Shown: positions 21,927-33,949, counted from the first letter of the stretch. The stretch is 64,000 bases of DNA from an uncultured Actinomycetes bacterium (GCA_963761175.1 CAVXFZ010000010.1:21737-85736); one strand, 5' to 3'. Program-made: numbers and translations. The notes: a model not told the origin generated them from the sequence alone.

Positions 21927-23962
21927 GCGAACGCGCGCCCGCGCTGCGCACGCTGGCCAAGGAGGCCGGCATCCAAGTGTCGTGGCGCACCGCCGACGGC
22001 GACCGCCGCGACGTCACCGACGAGACGATGCTCGCCCTCCTGCCCCGGCTCGGTGTCGGCATCACGCGGAAGTCGGAGGCGGCCGACGCGCTCGCGCGGC
22101 TGCGCGCCGGCGCGGCCGACGCGCTCGTGCCGCCAGTGAGCGTGTTGTGGGACGGGACGCCGCTGCGCCTCCCGCTGCGCCTGCGCGACCCGGTGCTCGC
22201 CGCGCACTTCGAGCTGACCATCGACCTGGATCCCGCCGTCGGCGGAGACCAGTTGCGCTGGAGCCGCAAGGAGAGCCGAGTCGGAATGACCCGCCGGCTC
22301 CCCGACGGCACGTTCGCGGTGACGATCGACGCGCCCGGTCGGATCCCGGCCGGGGTGCACCGCCTGCGCCTGCAGCTCGGCGGCCGCAGCGCGAGCGGCA
22401 CCGTGATCGCCGCGCCCGGACGCCTGCCCGAGACCGCGATCTCCGACCGGCGGCGGTGGGGTCTGTTCGCGCCGGTCTACGCGCTGCACGACGACCACGA
22501 ACCGCTCGGTGGTGACCTCGGCACGTTCGAACGCCTCGCGAGCTGGGCGGGCGACCTCGGCGCGCGGGTCTTCGCGACACTGCCGCTCCTCGCCGCGTTC
22601 CACGGCGCGGGAGCCGAGCCCAACGAATCGAGCCCGTACTCGCCGGTGAGCCGCCGCTTCTGGAACGAGGCGTACCTCGACCTGAACGCGCTCCCGGAGG
22701 CCGGACCGCCGGCTCCCGTGCCGGCGTTCGACGGCGCGGCGATCGACCCGCGGCTCCTGGCGGCGGCGCGGCGAGTCCGGCTCACCGCGGCGATGGACCG
22801 ACTCGCATCCGAACCGCAGCGCGAGCAGCAGTGGCACGAATGGCTCGACGCGCGTCCCGACGTCGTCGAGTACGCGGCCTTCCGGGCCGCGGTCGAGCGC
22901 GACGGCCCCGGCGCGACAGCGGCGCGACCCGACCTCGACGACCCCATCGCGCGCTACCACGCCTTCGCGCAGTGGTCGATGGACCGGGCACTTCGCGAGC
23001 TGGCCGAGCGCTTCGCGCAACGGCGCCAGACCATGTGCCTCGACCTGCCGATCGGCGCGCACCCGCACGGCTACGACCGCTACGCGCACCGCGACCTCTT
23101 CGTCGACGGCGCGACGATCGGCGCGCCGCCCGACCGCTTCTTCGCGGGCGGTCAGGACTGGGGCTTCGCGCCGGTCGACCCGAACGCGGCCCGCCGGAGT
23201 GGCCACCGCCACTTCGTCGACTGCGTCGAACACCATCTGAGCGTCGCGCCGGTGCTGCGCATCGACCACGTGATGGGTCTGCAGCGCCTGTGGTGGATCC
23301 CCGAAGGCGCGTCGCCGGGCGACGGCGCGTACGTGCGCTACCCCGCCGACGAGCTCTACGCCGCGCTCTGCGCCGTCGCCGACCGCCACCACGGCCTGCT
23401 CGTCGGCGAGAACCTCGGGACGGTCCCGTCGGAGACGGATCGCGCGATGCAGCGCCACCGCCTCCTCGCGACGTGGGTCGCGCAGTTCGAAGTCGGCGAA
23501 CACTTCGAGATGCCGTCGCGACACGTGCTCGCGTGCCTCGACACTCACGACACCGCCACCTTCGCGTCGTTCTGGCACGACCTCGCACCGCCGGCCCGTG
23601 GCGCCCTGCTCGGCGCGCTGCGCGGCGCGGGCCTGCTCGACGGCCGCGGCGACGGCGAGGTCGACGACGGCGGCGAGGGCGACCGCGACGGCGACACCCT
23701 CGACGGCGACTTGCTCGAGCCCGCCGAGGTGCTCGATGCCATGCTGCACTTCATCGGCTCGAGCCGGGCCGAGATCGTGATCGCGTCGATCGAGGACCTG
23801 TGGCTGGAGATCGAGGCCCAGAACGTCCCCGGCACGTCGGCGCACCAACGACCCAACTTCCGACGGCGCGCGGCGTGCTCCCTCGGTGAGCTGCGCAACC
23901 TGAAGCGCGCGAGGGAGACGCTGCGCGAGCTCGACCGCGCGCGGAAGGGATCGCCCGAATGA
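21923..23962 (+). CDS. malQ: 4-alpha-glucanotransferase (GH77, amylomaltase)
   Basis: GTG 21923 overlaps the upstream stop (GTGA). The 679-aa product has [45 protein letters not shown] and VGENLGTVP. Confidence 0.85.
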
Positions 23963-25818
23963 GCGTCACCGACCTCGACCGGCACCTCTTCAACGAGGGT
24001 CGCCATTTCCGCCTCTACGACCTGCTCGGCGCGCACGCCGAGCCCGACGGCGTCCGCTTCGCGGTGTGGGCGCCGAACGCGCGCCGGGTGCACGTGATCG
24101 GCGACCGCACCGGGTGGCAGCCGGCGGCCACGACCGAGCTCGCGCCCACCGCGTCGACCGGGATCTGGACCGCAAACCTCGACGGCTGGCAACCCGGCGA
24201 CCGGTACAAGTACCGGATCGAGTCGAGTGCCGGCCCACTCGAGAAGGCCGACCCCGTCGCGTTCGCAGCCGAGCTGCCGCCCGCGACCGCGTCGGTCGTG
24301 GCCGACCTTTCGTACGCGTGGCACGACCGCGACTGGCTCGCGAACCGCGCCGCGCACCAGGCCCTCGACCGGCCACTGTCGATCTACGAGCTGCACCTCG
24401 GTTCGTGGCGCCGCCACGACGACGGCCGGCCGCTCGGCTACCGAGAGCTCGCGCCGGCGCTCATCGAGCATGTGCACGCGACCGGCTTCACCCACGTGGA
24501 ACTGCTCCCCGTGATGGAGCACCCGTTCTACGGCTCGTGGGGCTACCAGACCACGGGATACTTCGCGCCGACGAGCCGGTACGGGTCGCCGACCGATTTC
24601 ATGGCGTTCGTCGACGAGCTGCACCAGGCCGGGATCGGCGTCGTCCTCGACTGGGTCCCGTCGCACTTCCCCGACGATCCCCACGGGCTCGGGTTGTTCG
24701 ACGGGACGCACCTCTACGAGCACGCCGATCCGCGCCAGGGCTTCCACCCCGACTGGCACTCGCTGATCTTCAACTACGGCCGGCGCGAGGTGCGCGCGTT
24801 CCTCGTGAGCAGCGCGCGCTTCTGGCTCGAGCGCTACCACGCCGACGCGATCCGCGTCGACGCCGTCGCGTCGATGCTCTACCTCGACTACTCGCGCCGC
24901 GCGGGCGAGTGGATCCCCAACCGCGAAGGCGGGCGCGAGAACCTCGACGCGGTGCAGTTCCTACGCGAGCTGAACGAGGAGCTCTACCGTGCGTTCCCCG
25001 ACATCCAGACGATCGCCGAGGAGTCGACGGCCTGGCCGGGTGTGTCGCAACCCGTCTTCGCCGGCGGTCTCGGGTTCGGGATGAAGTGGGACATGGGCTG
25101 GATGCACGACACGCTCCAGTACCTGTCGCGCGACGCAATCCATCGTCGCTTCCACCACGACGAGCTGACCTTCCGCCAGATCTACGCCACGACCGAGAAC
25201 TACCTGCTGCCGCTCTCCCACGACGAGGTCGTCCACGGCAAGGGCTCGCTGCTGCGCAAGTTCCCGGGCGACGAGTGGCAGCAGCACGCGACGCTGCGCC
25301 TCCTGATCGCGTATCAGTGGGCACTGCCGGGCAAGAAGCTCCTCTTCATGGGCGGCGAGCTCGCGGTCGCCGACGAATGGAGCCACGAGCAAGCCCTCGA
25401 CTGGAACCGGCTCACGACCGATCCGCGCGCGGCCGGCATGTACCGCTGGGTCGGCGATCTCAACCGGTTGCTGCAACGCACGCCCGCCCTTCACGAGCTC
25501 GACTTCGACGGCGCCGGTTTCGAATGGGCAGTGAACCAGAGCGAGGAGAGCGTCCTCGCGTTCCTCCGCTACGACGCCGCAGGCAGGCCGCTGCTCTTCG
25601 TCGCGAACTTCACGCCGGTGCCCCGCCCGAACCTGCGGATCCCGGTTCCCACGGGAGGGCCGTGGCGGGAGCTGCTCAACAGCGACAGCGAGCTGTACGG
25701 CGGCAGCGGCGTGGGCAACCTCGGCTCGGTCTCGACGCACGCCGTCCCGATGGGGCGCCACGACTGGTCGCTCACCTTGACGGCCCCTCCGCTGGCGGCA
25801 CTGTTCCTCGCGCCGTGA
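23959..25818 (+). CDS. glgB: 1,4-alpha-glucan branching enzyme (short form)
   Basis: ATG 23959 overlaps the malQ stop (ATGA). Motifs seen are [86 protein letters not shown] and [13 protein letters not shown]. Confidence 0.9.
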   Translation: MSVTDLDRHLFNEGRHFRLYDLLGAHAEPDGVRFAVWAPNARRVHVIGDRTGWQPAATTELAPTASTGIWTANLDGWQPGDRYKYRIESSAGPLEKADPVAFAAELPPATASVVADLSYAWHDRDWLANRAAHQALDRPLSIYELHLGSWRRHDDGRPLGYRELAPALIEHVHATGFTHVELLPVMEHPFYGSWGYQTTGYFAPTSRYGSPTDFMAFVDELHQAGIGVVLDWVPSHFPDDPHGLGLFDGTHLYEHADPRQGFHPDWHSLIFNYGRREVRAFLVSSARFWLERYHADAIRVDAVASMLYLDYSRRAGEWIPNREGGRENLDAVQFLRELNEELYRAFPDIQTIAEESTAWPGVSQPVFAGGLGFGMKWDMGWMHDTLQYLSRDAIHRRFHHDELTFRQIYATTENYLLPLSHDEVVHGKGSLLRKFPGDEWQQHATLRLLIAYQWALPGKKLLFMGGELAVADEWSHEQALDWNRLTTDPRAAGMYRWVGDLNRLLQRTPALHELDFDGAGFEWAVNQSEESVLAFLRYDAAGRPLLFVANFTPVPRPNLRIPVPTGGPWRELLNSDSELYGGSGVGNLGSVSTHAVPMGRHDWSLTLTAPPLAALFLAP

Positions 25819-27638
25819 CCGTCGCGGAGCACCTCGTGCCGGGTGCGCGCGCCCGCGCCGGTGGCGGCACCGACTTCGCGCTCTGGGCGCCGGTGCACGC
25901 CGCGGTCGACCTCGTCCTTGACTCGGGCGACCAGCTCGACGGCGGCGAGCGCGTCGCGATGCGGCCCGCAGGCGACGGCTGGTTCACCGTCTTCGCCGCC
26001 GGCGCGCGCCCCGGAGACCGGTACGCGTACGCCGCCGGCGGCCGCGTCCGACCCGATCCCGCGTCCGGCTGGCAGCCCGAGGGGGTGCACGGGCCCTCGG
26101 CGATCGTCGACCCGGCGTTCGCGTGGAGCGACGCGGAGTGGATCGGCTACCCGCTCGACGAGTACGTGATCTCCGAGTTGCACGTCGGAACGTTCACCCC
26201 GGCCGGGACCTTCGCGGCGGCCGCCGAACGACTTCCCGAGCTCGCGGAGATCGGCATCACGGCCGTCGAGGTGATGCCCGTCTGCGAGTTCCCGGGCGCG
26301 AGGAACTGGGGCTACGACGGCGTGTTCCCGTTCTCGGTGCAGCACACCTACGGCGGCCCCGAAGGGCTGCGCGCCTTCGTCGACGCCGCGCACCGCCATC
26401 GCCTCTGCGTCGTCCTCGACGTCGTCTACAACCATCTCGGCCCCGAGGGCAACGTGCTCGGCGAGTACGGCCCGTACTTCACCGACCGCTACCGCACGCC
26501 GTGGGGACCGGCCCTCAACTTCGACGGGCCCGGCAGCGACAAGGTGCGCGACTACTTCGTCGAGAGCGCGCGGCGCTGGGTCGACGACTTCCACGTCGAC
26601 GGCCTGCGCCTCGATGCGGTGCACGCGATCGTCGACAACACCGCGCGGCCGTTCGTGGAGGAGCTCACCGCCGCGGTGCATGCAGTGGGAACGCGCAACC
26701 GGCGGCGCGTCCACGTGATCGCCGAGAGCGCGACGAACGACCCGCGCGTCGCGACCCCGGTCGCCGCGGGCGGGCTCGGCTGCGATGCAGTGTGGAACGA
26801 CGACTTCCACCACGCGCTGCACGTCGCGCTCACGGGCGAGCGTCAGGGCTACTACGCGGACTTCAGCTGCGGCGACCTCGCGACCGCGATGAACGACACG
26901 TTCGTCTACGCCGGCCGGTACTCCGAGTTCCGCGGGCGCCGGCACGGCCGTCCGGCGCGCGGGCTCCGAGGCGACCACGTCGTGGTCTTCGCGCAGAACC
27001 ACGACCAGATCGGCAACCGCCCGGCCGGTGACCGGCTCACGACGCTCACCGACGCGGCCGGGGCCCGGCTCGCCGCCGCCCTGGTGCTGCTCGCGCCGTT
27101 CGTGCCGCTCCTGTTCATGGGCGACGAGTACGGCGAGACCGCGCCGTTCCCCTACTTCACCAGCCACACCGACGCCGGGCTCGTCGAGGCGGTGCGCCGC
27201 GGGCGGCGGGCCGAGTTCCCCGAGTTCGGCGACGCCGCCGTCCCCGACCCGCAGGCCGAATCGACCTTCGCCAGCGCGGTCCTGCACCCCGAGCGTGGCG
27301 ACGCCACCATGCGCGCGTGGTACCGCGCGTTGCTCCGGCTGCGGCGCGACCGGCGCGCGCTCGCGACCCTCGACCCGACGCGCACGACTGCCGACGCCGA
27401 CGACCGCGCGTGCACGCTCGTCGTGCGGCGCCGGGTCGCGGCCGACGACATCGTCATCGCCGCGTCGTTCGCGGCCGCGCCCACGACGGTGGCGATCCCC
27501 GGTGGTGCGCCGTGGACCTTGCTCCTGCGCTCCGAGGCCGACGGCGTACAACTCGACGACCCCGGGCGCGCGGTGCGCGTGGACCGCACGGTCACGCTCG
27601 GCCGGCACGGCGTGATCGTCATCAGCGTGGACCTGTGA
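25815..27638 (+). CDS. treZ: Malto-oligosyltrehalose trehalohydrolase
   Basis: GTG 25815 overlaps the glgB stop (GTGA) and forms the 3' part of track ORF 24066-27638. Motifs seen are [72 protein letters not shown] and [11 protein letters not shown]. Confidence 0.9.
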   Translation: MTVAEHLVPGARARAGGGTDFALWAPVHAAVDLVLDSGDQLDGGERVAMRPAGDGWFTVFAAGARPGDRYAYAAGGRVRPDPASGWQPEGVHGPSAIVDPAFAWSDAEWIGYPLDEYVISELHVGTFTPAGTFAAAAERLPELAEIGITAVEVMPVCEFPGARNWGYDGVFPFSVQHTYGGPEGLRAFVDAAHRHRLCVVLDVVYNHLGPEGNVLGEYGPYFTDRYRTPWGPALNFDGPGSDKVRDYFVESARRWVDDFHVDGLRLDAVHAIVDNTARPFVEELTAAVHAVGTRNRRRVHVIAESATNDPRVATPVAAGGLGCDAVWNDDFHHALHVALTGERQGYYADFSCGDLATAMNDTFVYAGRYSEFRGRRHGRPARGLRGDHVVVFAQNHDQIGNRPAGDRLTTLTDAAGARLAAALVLLAPFVPLLFMGDEYGETAPFPYFTSHTDAGLVEAVRRGRRAEFPEFGDAAVPDPQAESTFASAVLHPERGDATMRAWYRALLRLRRDRRALATLDPTRTTADADDRACTLVVRRRVAADDIVIAASFAAAPTTVAIPGGAPWTLLLRSEADGVQLDDPGRAVRVDRTVTLGRHGVIVISVDL

Positions 27639-27642
27639 GCGC

Positions 27643-30132
27643 GTGATCCCCGGCGCGACCTACCGGCTCCAGCTCCACGCGGGCTTCGACTTCGCGGCCA
27701 CCGCCGCGCACCTGCCTCATCTGCGCGATCTCGGTGTCGACACCGTGTACCTCTCCCCCGTCTTCGCGGCGCGCGCCGGCAGTGCGCACGGCTACGACGT
27801 GATCGACCCGACGGCCGTGAACCCCGAGCTCGGCGGGCGCGCCGGTTTCGAGGCCCTGCGCCGCGACGCGTTCGACCGGGGGATGACGTTGCTCCTCGAC
27901 ATCGTGCCGAACCATCAGGCCGCGACGACGAGCAACCCGCGCTGGGCGGCGACGCTTCAGGGCGGTCCCGAGTCTCCGGCCGCGCGCACCTTCGACATCG
28001 ACTGGTCGGTCCCCGCCGGTGGCCGGTCCGGACGGCTCGTGTGGCCCATCCTCGGCGACGAGCCCCGCCGTGAGATCGCGCGCGGCGCGTTGCGGCTGGA
28101 GCGCCGCGGCGACGCGGTCCGCCTGGTCTACGGCGACGAGGCGCTGCCGTTGCGCGAACCGGTCGTCGACGTCGACCTCCGAGACCCCCGCGCCGTCACC
28201 GGCGCGCTGGAGCGTCAGCACTACTTCCTCGCTCCCGCCGCGACCGGTCTGCGCAACTACCGCCGCTTCTTCGACATCGACCACCTCGTCGGCGTTCGCG
28301 TCGAGGACGCCGCGGTGTTCGCGCAGACGCACCGCCTCGTCGCCGAGCTGGTCGCCGAGCCCGGGGTCGCCGGGGTCCGCGTCGATCATGTCGACGGCCT
28401 GGCCGACCCCGCGGGTTATCTCTCGCAGCTCCGTGCGCTCGTGGGCCCCGATCGGGTGATCGTCGTGGAGAAGATCCTCGGCCCCGGCGAGACGCTCGAC
28501 CCGACGTGGCCGGTCGACGGCACCACCGGCTACGAGTTCCTCGCGGCCACCCTCGCCCTGCACGTCGACCCGGCCGGCCACGATGCGCTCGTCGCGGCCG
28601 TGCACGCGGAGACCGGGCTGCCGTCGTTCGCCGCGGTCGAGAGACAGGCGAAGATGCAGGTGCTCGAGCAGAGCTTCGAGCCCGAGCTTGCCCGCCTCGT
28701 CGAATGGGCACGTGCGGCGCTCTGCGAACCGGCGCGGCGGCGCGGCGCGGTACGCGACGCGCTCGCGGCAATCACCGTCGCGCTCGACACCTACCGCACC
28801 TACGGCGCGACCGGTGCCCTCACAGCCGCCGACGCGGCACGGGTTCACGCCGCGCGCGACCGCGCCGTCGCTCACGGGTCGGTCGACGAACGCCTCCTCG
28901 ACCGCCTCGCCGACCTCCTCGTTCGAGCCCCCGGCGACGACGCGACGCGGCAGCTGCGCGTCGCGTGGCAGCAGCTCTGCGGGCCGGTGATGGCGAAGGG
29001 ACGCGAAGACACCGCGTGCTACCGCTACCCGGTGCTCCTCGCGGCGAGCGAGGTCGGTTGCGACCCCGCCGATCGCGGGGACCCGACGGGCACGCGGCTC
29101 CACGGCCTGCTGCGCGCCCGCGTACACCACCACGGGCACCCGCTCGACACGCTCGCGACCCACGACACCAAGCGCAGCGGCGACGTCCGCACCCGCCTGG
29201 CCGTCCTGTCGGAGCTCCCCGACGAATTCGACGCCGCCCTGCGCGCATGGCGGGCCGCGCCCGATCGCAGCCGCGGAGTCCGCGCGGCCGACGAACGGCT
29301 CGTCGCCCAGACCCTGATCGGCGTGTGGCCGCCCGCCGGCGAGCCCGGCGACGGGCTGGTGCGGCGCGTCGACGCGTACCTCCGCAAGGCGTTGCGCGAA
29401 GGCAAGGAGGTGTCGAGCTGGATCGACCCCGACGAGCGCTACGAGGCGACGGTCGGCACGTGCGCGCGCGAAGCGCTCGCGCCGGGCAGCGCGTTTCGTG
29501 CCGCGTTCGCGGACCTCACCGCCCGCGTCGCCTTTTTCGGGATGATCGGCGGGCTCGCCGACCGGGTCGTGATGGCCGCCGCGCCCGGGATCCCCGACGT
29601 GTACGAAGGTACCGAGCGACCGCGCCTCTCGCTCACCGACCCCGACAACCGCCGACCGGTCGACTTCGATGCCGGCGCGGTGATGCTCGCCCGCCTCGGG
29701 CGCGAGCACGGTCTTGGCGCGCTCGTCGGCCGGCTGCGGTCGGACTGGACGAGCGGGGCCCTGACCCTCCACGTGCTGAGCGCCGCGTTGCAGGCGCGGC
29801 GAGCAGATCCCGCGTTGTTCGGCGCCGGGAGTTACGAGCCGCTGGAGGTCGGCGGGGCGCGCCACCAACACGTCTTCGCGTTCGCACGGCGACACGAAGA
29901 CCGCGTCGCGATCGCAGCCGTCGCGCTTCGCGTCGCGCGCGCCGGCAACGGCGATCTCGAGTTTCCTCTTGGCGCGCGCTTCTGGGCCGACACCGCGATC
30001 GCGCTCCCCGCCCCGCTCGCGACCCAGTGTCACGACGTGATCTCCGGGCGTCACATCGTGCCGGCGGCCGCCACGCTCGCCGCCGCCGACATCTTCGGCG
30101 CGTTGCCCGTCGCACTGCTGCGGGGGCCCTGA
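27643..30132 (+). CDS. treY: Malto-oligosyltrehalose synthase
   Basis: GTG 27643 lies 4 nt after the treZ stop. The 829-aa product has TYRLQLHAGFDF, VYLSPVFAARAGSAHGYDVIDP, LLLDIVPNH, GVRVDHVDGLADP and TTGYEFL. Confidence 0.9.
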   Translation: MIPGATYRLQLHAGFDFAATAAHLPHLRDLGVDTVYLSPVFAARAGSAHGYDVIDPTAVNPELGGRAGFEALRRDAFDRGMTLLLDIVPNHQAATTSNPRWAATLQGGPESPAARTFDIDWSVPAGGRSGRLVWPILGDEPRREIARGALRLERRGDAVRLVYGDEALPLREPVVDVDLRDPRAVTGALERQHYFLAPAATGLRNYRRFFDIDHLVGVRVEDAAVFAQTHRLVAELVAEPGVAGVRVDHVDGLADPAGYLSQLRALVGPDRVIVVEKILGPGETLDPTWPVDGTTGYEFLAATLALHVDPAGHDALVAAVHAETGLPSFAAVERQAKMQVLEQSFEPELARLVEWARAALCEPARRRGAVRDALAAITVALDTYRTYGATGALTAADAARVHAARDRAVAHGSVDERLLDRLADLLVRAPGDDATRQLRVAWQQLCGPVMAKGREDTACYRYPVLLAASEVGCDPADRGDPTGTRLHGLLRARVHHHGHPLDTLATHDTKRSGDVRTRLAVLSELPDEFDAALRAWRAAPDRSRGVRAADERLVAQTLIGVWPPAGEPGDGLVRRVDAYLRKALREGKEVSSWIDPDERYEATVGTCAREALAPGSAFRAAFADLTARVAFFGMIGGLADRVVMAAAPGIPDVYEGTERPRLSLTDPDNRRPVDFDAGAVMLARLGREHGLGALVGRLRSDWTSGALTLHVLSAALQARRADPALFGAGSYEPLEVGGARHQHVFAFARRHEDRVAIAAVALRVARAGNGDLEFPLGARFWADTAIALPAPLATQCHDVISGRHIVPAAATLAAADIFGALPVALLRGP

Positions 30133-30150
30133 CGCGCGCACCGCGTAGGT

Positions 30151-32388
30151 TCAGCTCGCGCTCGGCTCCACCCGTTCGAGCAGGACGAACGCTCGGTCGG
30201 TCACCGCGATCGGCTCACCCGCCTTGTACTGCTCTCCGGTCGCGCCCGGCCCCGTGCCGTCGTCGCGCGCGGTGTCGAGGACGAGTTGCCACCGCCGTCC
30301 CCATCGCTCCTCGGGAAGCACGAACTCGAGTGCCTCATGGTGCGCGTTGAAGACCAGGAAGAAGGTGCCGCTGCGCATCGGCAGCCCGCGCGGGTCGGGC
30401 TCGCGCAGCCCGTCGCCGTTGAGGAAGACGCCGAGCGTCTTGGCGAAGCTCGCCTGCCAGTCGTGCTCCTCCATCTCCGTGCCGTCGGGGCGGAACCACG
30501 CGATGTCGCCGACGCCGGTTCCGTGGATCGCCCGCCCCTGGAACCAGCGCCGACGGCGCAACACCGCGTGCTCCCTCCGCAGCGCCGTCAGCCACGCGGT
30601 GAAGTCGGCGAGGTCGTCGTCGCGGCGGTCCCAGTCGATCCACGACAGCTCGTTGTCCTGGCAGTACGCGTTGTTGTTCCCGCGCTGCGTGCGGCCGGCC
30701 TCGTCACCGGCGACGATCATCGGTACGCCCTGCGAGAGCAGCAACGTCGCGAGGAAGTTGCGCTGCTGGCGCCGGCGCAAGCGGTTCACCGCCTCGTCGT
30801 CGGTCGGGCCCTCGACCCCGCAGTTCCACGACCGGTTGTCGTCGGAGCCGTCGCGGTTGTCCTCGCCGTTCAGCTCGTTGTGCTTCTCGTTGTACGACAC
30901 GAGATCAGCGAGCGTGAACCCGTCGTGCGCGGTGACGAAGTTGATGCTCGCCGACGGCCGGCGCCCGGTCGTCTCGTACAGGTCGGAGCTCCCCGTGAGC
31001 CGCTGCGCGAACTCGCCGAGCGTCTGCTCCTGCCCGCGCCAGTAGTCGCGGACCGTGTCGCGGTAGCGACCGTTCCACTCCGACCACAGCGGCGGGAAGT
31101 TCCCGACCTGGTAGCCGCCCTCCCCGACGTCCCACGGCTCCGCGATCAGCTTCACCTGGCTGATCACCGGGTCCTGCTGGATCACGTCGAAGAACGCCGA
31201 CAGCCGGTCGACGTCGTGGAGAGTGCGCGCCAGCGTCGCCGCGAGGTCGAAGCGGAAACCGTCGACGTGCATCTCGAGCACCCAGTACCGCAAGCTGTCC
31301 ATCATGAGCTGCAGCACGTGCGGGTTGCGCATGTTCAGCGTGTTGCCGGTGCCCGTGTAATCGACGTAGAAACGCCGGTCGTCGGCGAGCCGGTAGTACG
31401 CCTCGTTGTCGATGCCCTTCATCGAGAACATCGGGCCGAGATGGTTGCCCTCGGCCGTGTGGTTGTACACGACGTCGAGGATCACCTCGATGCCGGCCTC
31501 GTGCAGCGTCTTCACCAGCTGCTTGAACTCCTGCACCTGCTGACCCGCAGTGCCCGACGCGCTGTACTCGTTGTGCGGCGCGAGATAGCAGATCGAGTTG
31601 TAGCCCCAGAAGTTGCGCAGCCCGCGACGCGCGAGCGCGTGGTCGTGCACGAACTGGTGCACCGGCAGCATCTCGATCGCGGTGATGCCGAGCGCGACGA
31701 GGCCGTCGACGACGTCGGGGACCGCGAGACCGGCGTACGTCCCGCGCAGGTTCGGCGGTACCGCCGGATGTCGGCGGGTGTAGCCCTTCACGTGCAACTC
31801 GTAGAGCACCGTCTCGTGCCACGGAATCGCCGGTGGGCGATCGTTGCCCCAGTCGAAGTACGGGTTCACGACGACGGTCTTGGGCATCGAGCGGGCGCTG
31901 TCGCTGGTGCTGATTCGGCTCTCGTCGCCGAACCGGTACGGATACACGCTCTGACCCCACGCGACGCGCCCGTTCACCGCTTTTCCGTACGGATCGAGCA
32001 GCAGCTTCGACGGGTTCGCGCGCTTGCCCGTCGCGGGGACCCACGGTCCGAAGACGCGGAACCCGTACCGCTGCCCGGGGCCGACGCCGGGCACGTACAC
32101 GTGATGGATCAGTGCGGTCTGCTCGCGCATCGCAAGACGCGTCTCGTGGTCGCGCTCGTCGAAGAGGCACAACTCGACACGTTCGCCGACCTCGGAGAAG
32201 AGCGAGAAGTTGGTGCCGATGCCGTCCCAGGTCGCCCCGAGCGGGAACGGCTGGCCGGGCCACGGCGCGAACCCTCCGGGAGTGCCCGTGTCGATGGGGC
32301 GTCGGGCGGGTCGCGCGCGGCCGCGCGCAGCCGACCGGCCGCGCCGAGGCGTCGGCGCGGCCGACAACGGCCCTTCGTATCTCGGCAT
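30151..32388 (-). CDS. glgX: Glycogen debranching enzyme
   Basis: The track ORF 30151-32622 is trimmed to ATG 32388, which is preceded by GGAGGA. Motifs seen are PLGATWDGIGTNFSLFS, YGFRVFGPW, VLYELHVKGYT, NFWGYNSICYLAPH, VILDVVYNHTAEGN, GFRFDLA, LIAEPWD and FVTAHDGFTL. Confidence 0.9.
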   Translation of the reverse strand: MPRYEGPLSAAPTPRRGRSAARGRARPARRPIDTGTPGGFAPWPGQPFPLGATWDGIGTNFSLFSEVGERVELCLFDERDHETRLAMREQTALIHHVYVPGVGPGQRYGFRVFGPWVPATGKRANPSKLLLDPYGKAVNGRVAWGQSVYPYRFGDESRISTSDSARSMPKTVVVNPYFDWGNDRPPAIPWHETVLYELHVKGYTRRHPAVPPNLRGTYAGLAVPDVVDGLVALGITAIEMLPVHQFVHDHALARRGLRNFWGYNSICYLAPHNEYSASGTAGQQVQEFKQLVKTLHEAGIEVILDVVYNHTAEGNHLGPMFSMKGIDNEAYYRLADDRRFYVDYTGTGNTLNMRNPHVLQLMMDSLRYWVLEMHVDGFRFDLAATLARTLHDVDRLSAFFDVIQQDPVISQVKLIAEPWDVGEGGYQVGNFPPLWSEWNGRYRDTVRDYWRGQEQTLGEFAQRLTGSSDLYETTGRRPSASINFVTAHDGFTLADLVSYNEKHNELNGEDNRDGSDDNRSWNCGVEGPTDDEAVNRLRRRQQRNFLATLLLSQGVPMIVAGDEAGRTQRGNNNAYCQDNELSWIDWDRRDDDLADFTAWLTALRREHAVLRRRRWFQGRAIHGTGVGDIAWFRPDGTEMEEHDWQASFAKTLGVFLNGDGLREPDPRGLPMRSGTFFLVFNAHHEALEFVLPEERWGRRWQLVLDTARDDGTGPGATGEQYKAGEPIAVTDRAFVLLERVEPSAS

Positions 32389-32557
32389 CACCCGTCCTCC
32401 GGCGCCCGACCCATCGGCGCCATCTTCGCGGGCTACCCGCCCCGACCGCGCGCGAAACCCGACATCTCGGCGCGAACCGCGCGACTCGATCGGTTGAGGG
32501 GGTGGCGAGACGGGTAGATCCAGGACGAATCCGACGGGACGACGCGATGGAGGAACG

Positions 32558-32761
32558 ATGGCCGACCGCCGAACCCAGCCGAGCCAGGCGACCCGCGAAG
32601 CCGAGCGCGAGGAAGCGCACACGAAGGCGGGTCCGGGATCGTCTCCGACGCCCGAAGAGGAGCGCGACGCGCCGACCTCCGTCGGGAAGGACGTCGAGGA
32701 GCACTACGAAGAGATGATCGAGCGCGGCGCCGACCAGAAGGGAGAGGGCCGCCTCCCATGA
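32558..32761 (+). CDS. Small acidic hydrophilic protein (hypothetical)
   Basis: GGAGGA lies 4 nt upstream of ATG 32558. The 67-aa product MADRRTQPSQATREAEREEAH...EEHYEEMIERGADQKGEGRLP resembles small conserved actinobacterial proteins from memory. Confidence 0.5.
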   Translation: MADRRTQPSQATREAEREEAHTKAGPGSSPTPEEERDAPTSVGKDVEEHYEEMIERGADQKGEGRLP

Positions 32762-32976
32762 GTGGGAATTCCGACGGGGCGCACGCCGAGCCACGACTTC
32801 CCGAAGCCGTGAAGCTGCTCCACGATGCCGCGCTCCCGATGCTCGCCGGCATGTTCGTGTACGCCGGACTCGCCGACACCGAAGGCCGTCCGTCTGTCGC
32901 GTGGAGGGTGCATGCCGGGGAGCGCGCTCGCGACACGCTCCCCGCGCTGCTCGACGCGCCCTCCGTTCCCGCCTGA
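32758..32976 (+). CDS. Hypothetical small protein, possibly translationally coupled to the preceding ORF
   Basis: ATG 32758 overlaps the upstream stop (ATGA). The 72-aa product has no recognisable motif. Confidence 0.3.
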   Translation: MSGNSDGAHAEPRLPEAVKLLHDAALPMLAGMFVYAGLADTEGRPSVAWRVHAGERARDTLPALLDAPSVPA

Positions 32977-32999
32977 CCGCGCCCGCAGCCGAAGCCCCT

Positions 33000-33506
33000 T
33001 CACGGTGACGGTCGCGCGCGATCCTCGGGCTCGTGCCCGGCTTCGATGTCGCGCGCCGCAAACAACGTGAGCGGCGTGAACGCGGCGGGCCGCTGCGCGT
33101 CCTCGGCATCGAGCACGAAGCACACGTGATCACCACCATCGTCGTTCACCGCGACGCGTCGCCCGACGATCCGCGCCGCGCACCGATCGAGGAGCGGCAG
33201 CCCCGCGGGGCCGGCGCGCCACGCGCACCGCGCGAACTTGTCTTCGTCGTCGCCGGTGACCGCACCGAACAGCTCGGCCAGGTCATGGTCGCCCCAGGCC
33301 AGGAAATGAAGCCCGAAATACTCGGCCATGAGCCCGACGCGGTACGTGCGGTTCGCCTTCGACAACCAGATCGCGTACCGCGACGGATCGATGCTGCACT
33401 GCGAGTGGAAGCCGACGAGACAACCGGCGCACTCGTCGCCCGCAACGGTCGTCACGACCATCATCGCGGTGTCGAGCTCGCTCATCAGGTCGTCGAACGG
33501 GGTCAC
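33000..33506 (-). CDS. Flavin reductase-like (FMN-binding split-barrel) protein
   Basis: This is the C-terminal portion of track ORF 33000-34289. It reads VTPFDDLMSELDTAMMVVTTVAGDECAGCLVGFHSQCSIDPSRYAIWLSKANRTYRV..., typical of flavin reductase domain proteins. The start is GTG 33506 or ATG 33485. Confidence 0.65.
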   Translation of the reverse strand: MTPFDDLMSELDTAMMVVTTVAGDECAGCLVGFHSQCSIDPSRYAIWLSKANRTYRVGLMAEYFGLHFLAWGDHDLAELFGAVTGDDEDKFARCAWRAGPAGLPLLDRCAARIVGRRVAVNDDGGDHVCFVLDAEDAQRPAAFTPLTLFAARDIEAGHEPEDRARPSP

Positions 33507-33701
33507 GACTGATCCACCACCTTCGACTCGTCGGACCGCGCGCCGCGCACCGACGGCACGCAGAACACGCATTCTTACCCGACAACGGGGCAGACGACGC
33601 CCGAGATACGCGCCATGACCGAGTTTGTTCGCGCTGCCAACAAGGTACGTCAAAGGCATCCGCGTGAAGCGGAACGACAGCCCCCGACCAAGGTGGAGGA
33701 C

Positions 33702-33860
33702 ATGGGACTGCTCTTGCTCGTACTCCTGCTCGTACTGCTCTTCGGCGGGCTCGGCTTCGCCGTCCACACGCTGTGGGTGTTCGCGGTGATCTTCGCGATC
33801 GTGTGGCTCGCAGGCTTCGCCTTCCGATCCGGCGAGGGCGCGCGCTGGTACCACTGGTAA
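33702..33860 (+). CDS. Small two-helix hydrophobic membrane protein
   Basis: AAGGTGGAGGA lies directly upstream of ATG 33702. The 52-aa product is MGLLLLVLLLVLLFGGLGFAVHTLWVFAVIFAIVWLAGFAFRSGEGARWYHW. The longer track ORF from 33615 is unlikely to be the real start. Confidence 0.6.
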   Translation: MGLLLLVLLLVLLFGGLGFAVHTLWVFAVIFAIVWLAGFAFRSGEGARWYHW

Positions 33861-33871
33861 CCGCGGAACCG

Positions 33872-33900
33872 CGCGGTCCGGGCCGACCGGGCCGGGACCG
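33872..33900. terminator. GC-rich hairpin between convergent genes (terminator candidate)
   Basis: The stem 33872-33883 pairs with 33889-33900 (11 bp with one G.G mismatch) around the loop GACCG. It lies between the stop at 33860 (+) and the stop at 33950 (-). Confidence 0.35.
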
Positions 33901-33949
33901 CGCGGGACGCGTCCGAGTCGGCTACCGCCGCGCGCGACGCGGCCGGGAG

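Noticed and set aside
24066-25814. 5' two-thirds of the 1190-aa ORF 24066-27638
   Set aside because: It is out of frame with glgB and Arg/Pro-rich. Only the part from GTG 25815 onward (treZ) carries real motifs.
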